Source of the DNA: Trichlorobacter lovleyi SZ
GTDB taxonomy: Bacteria; Desulfobacterota; Desulfuromonadia; Geobacterales; Pseudopelobacteraceae
Assembly (NCBI RefSeq): GCF_000020385.1
Contig: NC_010814.1
Coordinates: 3,000,001 to 3,032,000 of the forward strand
DNA length: 32,000 nucleotides
Direction of reading: 5' to 3'
A program made the position numbers and the translations under genes. A model generated the notes under the pieces. That model worked only from the letters and a program-made list of their open reading frames with translations, was not told the DNA's origin and made no database searches. Position 1 is the stretch's first letter. The number at the start of each line of letters is the position of its first letter. Below, in pieces: positions 25,874 to 32,000 of this stretch.

Positions 25874-27694
25874 ATGCCCATTGATTGTGAAGACCAGGAA
25901 CTTCTTGAAGGATTTCTGGCAGAAACAACTGAACTTCTGGAGAAGCTCGACGACGACCTGATTGCGTTGGAAAAGTCCTCTGATGACCCGGAACTGATGA
26001 ACCGGATCTTTCGCTCCATCCATACCGTAAAAGGCGCATCCAGCTTTTTGGGATTCGACCTGCTGGTCCGGGTCACCCACAAAACCGAGGATGTGCTGAA
26101 TCGCCTCCGCAAGGGTGAACTGCAGTTGACTTCCGAGATCATGGATGTCGTGCTTGAGGCCACAGATCTGGTCAAGACACTGGTGGCAGACATCAAGGGC
26201 GGCGAAATTATTGATCGTGAGATCAACGAGACCATCAACAAGCTGATTCCCCTGCTTACCGAGCAGCCGGCAGCCCCGGCTCAACCGGCAGCAATGGAAC
26301 CCCCGGCAGCGACGACAGCGGAGGAGCAGTCTGTGGCTGCCGAAACGCCGACTTCACAACCGGAAACGCCGCCTGCAGCAGAGCCTGCGCCGGCAGCGGC
26401 AATGCCGCCCGCGCCGGCCCGCCCTGCCCCGGAAGCGGCAAAGAAACCGGCCCCTCCCAAAGGCGGGGAAAAAGGCGGGGACGACCTTTCCGACAACACC
26501 ACCGTCCGGGTTGATGTCAAGCGCCTGGACGACCTGATGAACCAGGTCGGGGAGCTGGTGCTGGAGCGCAACCGGATGATCCAGCTCAATCAGGATCTGC
26601 AGGGTGGCACCTCGGACCATATCCTGTTCAGTGAAGAGTTCGGCAAACTGGCAAAACGGATGAGTTTTGTCACCTCGGAACTGCAGATGCAGGTCCTGAA
26701 AATGCGGATGATCCCGGTGGAAAAGGTTTTCAAGAAGTTCCCCCGTATTGTTCGCTCTCTGGCCCGCGACCTTGGCAAAGAAGTGGATCTGCAGATCTTT
26801 GGTGAAGAGACCGAACTTGACCGCTCCGTTGTCGATGAAATCGGCGATCCATTGATCCACCTGATCCGCAATGCCATGGACCACGGCCTGGAAACCCCGG
26901 ATGAGCGAATGGCCGCAGGAAAGCCACGCACCGGCACCCTGGTGCTTGCTGCAGTCCATGAAGGCAACTCAATTATTATCAGCATCAAGGACGATGGCCG
27001 CGGTATTGATACGGAACGGGTCGGACGCAAGGCAATTGAAAAAGGGCTGATCACCGAAGATCAGCTTGCTGCCATGAGCCAGCGCGAGATGTTTGACCTG
27101 ATCTTCCTGCCCGGCTTCTCAACCAAAGACAAGGCATCCGACCTGTCGGGACGCGGCGTCGGCATGGATGTGGTCAAGACCAACATCAAAAAGCTGAACG
27201 GTCTGATTGAGATCAAGAGTGAAAAGGGGATGGGGTCAGAATTTATCCTGCGTCTGCCCCTGACCCTGGCCATCATTCAATCGCTGCTGGTGGAGGTAGA
27301 GGGTGAGATCTACTCTATTCCACTGGCCTCGGTGCTTGAGACCCTGCGGGTTGATCAACGGGAGTTCCACGTGATTGGCGGCCAGGAGGTCCTCAAACTG
27401 CGCGACATGGTACTGCCGCTGGTCCGGTTGGAGCAGGTCTTCAACGTCAGGCGCTGCCGTGAGCAGGACAATTTCTGCTACATCGTCGTGATCGGCTCTG
27501 CGGACAAACGGGTCGGCCTGGTGGTAACCCGCCTGGTGGGACAGCAGGAAGTGGCCATCAAGTCACTGGGCAAGTACCTGGCCAATGTCACCGGCATTGC
27601 CGGCTCAACCATTCTGGGGGATGGACGGGTTGCATTGATTGTTGACCCGGTCGGCATGGTTGATGGCGGCGAAGGGGCGTCCGGCGGGCGCTAA
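25874..27694 (+). CDS. cheA: Chemotaxis histidine kinase CheA (P1-linker-P3-P4-P5; no P2 domain)
   Basis: HPt site RSIHTVKGASSFLG. Dimerisation region VRVDVKRLDDLMNQVGELV. HATPase boxes HLIRNAMDHGLE, DDGRGID, GRGVGMD. C-terminal CheW-like domain. A 74-aa Pro/Ala-rich linker (26264-26485) stands where P2 normally is. Confidence 0.93.
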   Translation: MPIDCEDQELLEGFLAETTELLEKLDDDLIALEKSSDDPELMNRIFRSIHTVKGASSFLGFDLLVRVTHKTEDVLNRLRKGELQLTSEIMDVVLEATDLVKTLVADIKGGEIIDREINETINKLIPLLTEQPAAPAQPAAMEPPAATTAEEQSVAAETPTSQPETPPAAEPAPAAAMPPAPARPAPEAAKKPAPPKGGEKGGDDLSDNTTVRVDVKRLDDLMNQVGELVLERNRMIQLNQDLQGGTSDHILFSEEFGKLAKRMSFVTSELQMQVLKMRMIPVEKVFKKFPRIVRSLARDLGKEVDLQIFGEETELDRSVVDEIGDPLIHLIRNAMDHGLETPDERMAAGKPRTGTLVLAAVHEGNSIIISIKDDGRGIDTERVGRKAIEKGLITEDQLAAMSQREMFDLIFLPGFSTKDKASDLSGRGVGMDVVKTNIKKLNGLIEIKSEKGMGSEFILRLPLTLAIIQSLLVEVEGEIYSIPLASVLETLRVDQREFHVIGGQEVLKLRDMVLPLVRLEQVFNVRRCREQDNFCYIVVIGSADKRVGLVVTRLVGQQEVAIKSLGKYLANVTGIAGSTILGDGRVALIVDPVGMVDGGEGASGGR

Positions 27695-27726
27695 AGCATC
27701 AGCTTAACACGAAAGAGGGACGTAAC

Positions 27727-28554
27727 GTGGCTATATCTGATAAAGATTTCGAATTACTACGTGACTTTATTTATAATCTGTGCGGGATGTACTTCCACAC
27801 CACAAAAAAATATTTCCTTGAAAGCCGTCTTACCAAACGGATGGAGGCCACCGGTACCAAGAGTGCCATGGATTATTACGGCCTGCTCAAATCCCCCCGT
27901 GGTGGTGAAGAACTGCGTTTTCTGCTTGATGAAGTCACCACGAACGAAACCTATTTCTTCCGTTGTGTGCCTCAATTGAACGCCATTGAGACTAAATTCC
28001 TGCCGGAGATCGTTGAAGCCAAAGGCAAAATGGGTTTCCGCAAACTGAGGATCTGGTCTGCCGCATCCTCATCCGGTGAAGAGGCCTACACCCTGGCCAT
28101 GATCCTGCTGGAAAAACGGGCCACCATCCTCAAGGACTGGATTATCGAGATCATCGGTACCGATATCAACGAGACCGTGGTAGCCCAGGCCAAAGAGGGG
28201 ATTTACAACGCCTACTCGGTTCGTAACGTGCCGGATCTGTACAAGAAGAAATATTTCAAGGAGGATGCCGGCAAGTTCATCCTCTCACCGGATGTCAAAA
28301 AATTTGTCACCTTTAACAAGATGAACCTGTACGATGACACCAAGATGGTCTTCATGAAGAGCTTCGACTTCATCTTCTGCGCCAACGTCCTGATTTACTT
28401 TGACCTCGCTTCAAAATCAAAGGTTGTACAGCACTTTTACAACAACCTGCAACCCTACGGGTACTTCTTTGTTGGCCAGTCCGAATCCCTTCACGGCGTT
28501 AATGACAAGTTCAAGACCGTTCATTTTCCAGGCGGTTTTGGTTATAAGAAATAG
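27727..28554 (+). CDS. cheR: Chemotaxis protein methyltransferase CheR
   Basis: 275 aa. ETYFFR motif. SAM-binding region IWSAASSSGEEAYTLAM and CANVLIYFD. GTG start with AGAGGGA 6 nt upstream. Confidence 0.9.
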   Translation: MAISDKDFELLRDFIYNLCGMYFHTTKKYFLESRLTKRMEATGTKSAMDYYGLLKSPRGGEELRFLLDEVTTNETYFFRCVPQLNAIETKFLPEIVEAKGKMGFRKLRIWSAASSSGEEAYTLAMILLEKRATILKDWIIEIIGTDINETVVAQAKEGIYNAYSVRNVPDLYKKKYFKEDAGKFILSPDVKKFVTFNKMNLYDDTKMVFMKSFDFIFCANVLIYFDLASKSKVVQHFYNNLQPYGYFFVGQSESLHGVNDKFKTVHFPGGFGYKK

Positions 28555-28568
28555 CGGGGGATCCCACG

Positions 28569-29462
28569 ATGGATAAACAGGCAATGTTGGAAACAGCCCG
28601 CCAGATGGTGGCCAAGATCGATGACCTGCCCACGATTCCGGTTGTGGCAACCCAGGTACTGCAACTGCTTGACGACCCGGATGTCAACGTAGACAAGGTG
28701 GCAGACCTGATGCTGACCGATCAGGTCATGACCGCACGGGTCATGAAGATGGTCAATTCCCCCATCTATCGTCCCTCCCAGGAAATCACCTCGCTCAAGC
28801 GTGCACTGGTCTACCTCGGCATTCGTCATATCAAGGAAATCGCCCTGACCTCCTCGTTCATCAGCGCCTTTGAAGACAAGGGTGGCGTGATTGACATCAG
28901 CACCTTCTGGGCCCATGCCTTCGGCGTCGGCATGGTCTCCAAGATCATTGCCGAAAAAATCCGCTACGCCGACATTGAGAAGGCCTATCTCGCAGGTATT
29001 GTGCATGATATCGGCGAAGTGGTGCTGAGTTACTATCAGCCCGAGACCTTTGCCCAGATTCTGACGACCATCAAGACCCGTCCGGTACGTCTGATTGATC
29101 TGGAGCAGGAGGCGTTCTCGACCACCCACAACGAAATCGGCTACTGCATTGCAGAAAAATGGAATTTCCCTGAGGCCTACCGTGAAGTGATCCTGCACCA
29201 CCACACCCCGCGTGAGGCCAGCAGTGATCCGGTTTTGTGTGCCATTGTCAACCTGGCGGACCTATTCTGTTCAGTCAGGGATCTGTACTATGGCGGCAAT
29301 GTCTGGGCCAGTTTCAATCTGTCTGAAGAGGAAGGCTGGTCCATACTGAAAGAGCAGCACCCGAACCTTGCACAGCTTGATATTGAACGGTTCTGCTACG
29401 AGCTGGATGACGCCGTACCTGATGTCAAAGAGCTGGTAGCGTCCATATTTTCCAAGGAATAA
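28569..29462 (+). CDS. Stand-alone HDOD-domain protein embedded in the che operon
   Basis: 297 aa. HDOD signature LPTIPVVATQVLQLLDDPDVNVDKVADLMLTDQVMTARVMKMVNSPIY, with downstream AGIVHDIGEVVL and NLADLF. Lies 14 nt after cheR and 11 nt before cheB. Confidence 0.85.
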   Translation: MDKQAMLETARQMVAKIDDLPTIPVVATQVLQLLDDPDVNVDKVADLMLTDQVMTARVMKMVNSPIYRPSQEITSLKRALVYLGIRHIKEIALTSSFISAFEDKGGVIDISTFWAHAFGVGMVSKIIAEKIRYADIEKAYLAGIVHDIGEVVLSYYQPETFAQILTTIKTRPVRLIDLEQEAFSTTHNEIGYCIAEKWNFPEAYREVILHHHTPREASSDPVLCAIVNLADLFCSVRDLYYGGNVWASFNLSEEEGWSILKEQHPNLAQLDIERFCYELDDAVPDVKELVASIFSKE

Positions 29463-29473
29463 CCAACGGAGGC

Positions 29474-30571
29474 ATGATGTTTTCTCCAGCGTCGGGTGCA
29501 AAAACCCGTGTTCTGATTGTAGATGATTCATCCTTCATGCGGATGGCCATCCGTGGCATTCTGGTCAAAGAACCCTCCATTGAGGTCGTCGGCACGGCCA
29601 GTGATGGGGTTGAAGGAGTTGAAAAGGCAATTGCCCTCAAGCCTGACCTGATCACCATGGATGTTGAAATGCCGCGTATGGACGGCATCTCTGCCCTGAA
29701 ACAGATCATGGCCAAGGCCCCCACCAAGGTCCTGATGGTTTCCACCCTTACCAACGAAGGGGCCAAGGCAACCTTTGAGGCGCTGGACGCCGGGGCCCTG
29801 GACTATATCCCCAAAAACGTCACCGATTCATCCGATGCCCAGAACATCTTCCGTGATGAACTGCTCAAAAAGGTTCGTGAAGCGACCCGTTCCCGTATCC
29901 TGCGTCCGGCAAGCGGCTTGAGCATGCCCCGTCCGGGCACTCTGGCTGCGCCCCCCCCCCGGGCAGCCGTCAAGACCTCGAAGATCCATTCCAAAAAGAT
30001 CACCCATGTCGGCATCGGCGCCTCAACCGGCGGACCGGTGGCACTGCAGGAGGTGATCTCCCGCATCCCGATGAACTTCCCCTATGGTATCGTGGTGGCG
30101 ATCCACATGCCCAAGGCCTTTACCGGTCCCTATGCCGACCGTCTGAATGCCAAGTGCTCCATAACGGTCAAAGAGGCGGTTGATGGTGAACCGATCAAAC
30201 CGGGCACCATCCTGATCGCGCCTGGCGGCATGCACACCCAGGTGGTGCGCGGCGCCGGCGGTCTGGTGGTCAAGACAGCTCCGACCTCAGCCTACCCCCA
30301 GTATGTCTATATCCCTTCCGTTGATCTGATGATCTCTTCCATGGCAGAGGCTACGGCAGGATCAATGCTGGGTGTTGTTCTGACCGGTATGGGTAATGAT
30401 GGCTTCAAAGGGATGCAATTGCTGAAGCAAAAAGGCGGGGTAACCCTGGTGCAGGATGAGGCGACCTCAACCATTTACGGCATGCCCAAGGCCTGCGTTG
30501 ATGGCGGAGTGGCTGATGAAGTGCTGCCGCTGGGACAGATCGGCTACGAGATTGGCAAGTTTATGGGATAA
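29474..30571 (+). CDS. cheB: Protein-glutamate methylesterase/deamidase CheB (receiver plus methylesterase domains)
   Basis: Receiver: RVLIVDDSSFMR, DLITMDVEMPRMDG, MVSTLT. Esterase: IGASTGGP, HMP, and GMGNDG as the counterpart of the usual GMGxDG motif. The start is ATG at 29474 or 29477. A C10 run at 29951-29960 encodes the PPP(R) of the interdomain linker. Confidence 0.93.
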   Translation: MMFSPASGAKTRVLIVDDSSFMRMAIRGILVKEPSIEVVGTASDGVEGVEKAIALKPDLITMDVEMPRMDGISALKQIMAKAPTKVLMVSTLTNEGAKATFEALDAGALDYIPKNVTDSSDAQNIFRDELLKKVREATRSRILRPASGLSMPRPGTLAAPPPRAAVKTSKIHSKKITHVGIGASTGGPVALQEVISRIPMNFPYGIVVAIHMPKAFTGPYADRLNAKCSITVKEAVDGEPIKPGTILIAPGGMHTQVVRGAGGLVVKTAPTSAYPQYVYIPSVDLMISSMAEATAGSMLGVVLTGMGNDGFKGMQLLKQKGGVTLVQDEATSTIYGMPKACVDGGVADEVLPLGQIGYEIGKFMG

Positions 30572-30593
30572 CAAGATCCCGTTATACAGACGA

Positions 30594-30630
30594 CAAAAAA
30601 GGCGGCCAGCTGAAAACTGGCCGCCTTTTT
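30594..30630. terminator. Bidirectional intrinsic terminator after cheB
   Basis: AAAAAAA-GGCGGCCAG-ctgaaaa-CTGGCCGCC-TTTTT: a 9-bp GC-rich stem flanked by an A-run and a T-run. Confidence 0.8.
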
Positions 30631-30822
30631 CTATCTTTGGGCATACACCACCAGCCCTTTGCTACTGCTGTCCACCCTGCAGTTGGAGTACCCCAAACGT
30701 TTCAGGCGCCGCAGGATAAAAAAGGCAGCAACCTTGTGCACATCAGGCAGAATCAGCGGAAAATGATCCGTAGGCAGATCGGTCATCGCCCGCCAGGTTG
30801 CAGAAAAAGATTTCTTACCCAT
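30631..30822 (-). CDS. Possible small ORF (63 aa) between prfC and the terminator; coding status doubtful
   Basis: Open frame MGKKSFSATWRAMTDLPTDHFPLILPDVHKVAAFFILRRLKRLGYSNCRVDSSSKGLVVYAQR. It ends exactly at the terminator. There is no convincing Shine-Dalgarno (only GGAC) and I recognise no family. Confidence 0.25.
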   Translation of the reverse strand: MGKKSFSATWRAMTDLPTDHFPLILPDVHKVAAFFILRRLKRLGYSNCRVDSSSKGLVVYAQR

Positions 30823-30862
30823 ACATTACGTCCAATAAAAAGAAGATTTTTTTGTTCTGGTT

Positions 30863-30932
30863 CTGTCACGGAAGGGAATGCGCGGAGGCGTACAGAACAG
30901 TACGCCGCACAAGCTGTCACGCATCGTGACAG
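30863..30932. promoter_or_regulatory. Three copies of an 8-mer (CTGTCACG), two of them forming a perfect 19-bp palindrome
   Basis: CTGTCACG at 30863-30870 and 30914-21. CGTGACAG at 30925-30932, giving CTGTCACG-cat-CGTGACAG. A second hairpin, GGCGTAC-agaaca-GTACGCC, sits at 30887-30906 between them. Confidence 0.3.
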
Positions 30933-30955
30933 GGCCAGGGCGAAAAAAGACCATT

Positions 30956-32000
30956 TTAACTGTGCTCTGAAGTGGCGTGAAACTCCAGATCCGGCCAGTT
31001 CTCTATCGTATTATCCAAACGCCACTGACTGCCTGCCATGTAGGTCAGCTTGCCTTCGCCATCAATGTACAGGTTCATCTTCTCTTTCTTCTCAAAATCC
31101 TCGATCAACTTCTTTTCACCGGTTACCCAGCGGGCCGTGGCATAGGCCACCGGCTCGTAGGCGATCTTGACGCCGTACTCAAACTCCAGCCGGTGTAGCA
31201 CCACCTCAAACTGCAGGATACCAACCGCACCAACAACCCATTCTGCACCGAAGATCGGCTTAAAGACCTGGGTCGTACCTTCTTCAGCCAGCTGCACCAG
31301 CCCTTTCTCAAGGGCCTTGGATTTCATCGGATTCAGCAGCCGTACCTTACGAAAATGTTCCGGCGCAAAGCTGGGGATACCGGTAAACTTCATCTCCTCT
31401 CCCATGGTAAAGGTATCACCGATCTTGATGGTGCCATGGTTGTGAATGCCGATGATGTCACCGGGGAAGGCCTCTTCCACGTTGCTGCGATCCTGGGCCA
31501 TGAAGATGGTGGCATTGCTGATCTGGAAATCACGTCCCAGACGCAGGTGGCGCACCTTCATGCCACGTTCAAAACGGCCGGAGCAGATCCTGAAAAAGGC
31601 AATCCGGTCGCGGTGGGCCGGGTCCATGTTTGCCTGAATCTTGAAAACAAACCCGGAAAACGGCTCCTCATAAGGGGAAACCAGCCGGGTGGTGGTGGCG
31701 CGGGGCCGGGGATGGGGGGCATTCTGGACAAAGGTATCCAGCAGTTGCTGAACCCCGAAGGTGTTGATGGCACTGCCGAAAAAGACCGGAGTCTGACGTC
31801 CGGCCAGATAGGCATCCAGGTCAAAAGGGTGGGCCGCCCCTTCCAGCAGTTCCACGTCGTTACGCAGCTCTTCAGCCTGACTGCCCAGCAGTTCATCCAG
31901 CAGCGGATCATCCAGCCCCTGCACTGCCACAATCCGATCAACCCCATGCTCGGCATCAGGATCAAACAACAGCACCTCTTTGCTGTAGAGGTGATAGGTG
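30956..32000 (-). CDS. prfC: Peptide chain release factor 3 (RF3), C-terminal ~348 codons; the gene continues past the right edge
   Basis: ...[36 protein letters not shown]...[32 protein letters not shown]... is a typical RF3 domain II/III sequence. The frame stays open to position 32000, so the GTPase domain lies outside the window. Confidence 0.93.
   Translation of the reverse strand, partial: TYHLYSKEVLLFDPDAEHGVDRIVAVQGLDDPLLDELLGSQAEELRNDVELLEGAAHPFDLDAYLAGRQTPVFFGSAINTFGVQQLLDTFVQNAPHPRPRATTTRLVSPYEEPFSGFVFKIQANMDPAHRDRIAFFRICSGRFERGMKVRHLRLGRDFQISNATIFMAQDRSNVEEAFPGDIIGIHNHGTIKIGDTFTMGEEMKFTGIPSFAPEHFRKVRLLNPMKSKALEKGLVQLAEEGTTQVFKPIFGAEWVVGAVGILQFEVVLHRLEFEYGVKIAYEPVAYATARWVTGEKKLIEDFEKKEKMNLYIDGEGKLTYMAGSQWRLDNTIENWPDLEFHATSEHS

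Noticed and set aside
1-32000. Mobile elements, CRISPR arrays, tRNA/rRNA genes, and defence or toxin-antitoxin modules
   Set aside because: I scanned every intergenic gap and the ORF list. There are no transposase, integrase or recombinase-like ORFs, no spaced direct-repeat arrays, no tRNA T-loop (GGTTCGAATCC-like) signatures, and no paired small ORFs typical of TA systems. The window looks like core chromosome.

Overview
GC-rich window (roughly high-50s % by eye). Protein sequences and gene content read like a Geobacter/Desulfuromonadales-type deltaproteobacterial chromosome; that placement is inference. It is mostly core genome, densely coded, with many overlapping stop/start junctions.

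Gene content, left to right:
- 1-4191 (-): a complete-looking NAD-coupled bidirectional [NiFe]-hydrogenase operon, hoxEFUYH; hoxH runs off the left edge.
- 4328-5819 (+): a DUF4177-like small protein followed by a DUF4403-like secreted protein.
- 5848-9146 (+): polA-recO.
- 9143-9270: a 128-bp palindromic intergenic element.
- 9302-9949 (+): an unknown secreted protein, convergent with an orphan tonB (-).
- 10854-11121 (-): a 330-bp non-coding gap upstream of tonB holding a promoter-like site, a ~180-nt strongly structured minus-strand RNA and an intrinsic terminator.
- 11151-18798 (-): a long co-directional run hsp20-lon-thiL-tkt-crp/fnr-aroF.
- 18989-19198 (+): an orphan small ORF.
- 19260-22744: a membrane metallophosphoesterase (-) divergent from priA (+).
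- 22756-25019 (-): a sigma54 enhancer-binding response regulator followed by a signal-peptide-less lytic transglycosylase. This pair is divergent from the chemosensory operon.
- 25317-30571 (+): chemosensory operon cheW-cheA-cheR-HDOD-cheB, with no cheY and no MCP.
- 30956-32000 (-): the 3' part of prfC.

I saw no tRNA or rRNA genes, CRISPR arrays, transposases, integrases or recognisable defence genes.

The most interesting items:
- The unclassified riboswitch/attenuator-like leader in front of tonB.
- The Che3/CrdA-like pairing of a CheY-less che operon with a divergent sigma54 activator. Related details are the embedded HDOD gene, a CheA without a P2 domain, and a C10 tract in the CheB linker.
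- An FNR-type palindrome in the hox divergent promoter, together with a Cys-less Crp/Fnr regulator that carries an FNR-type recognition helix.
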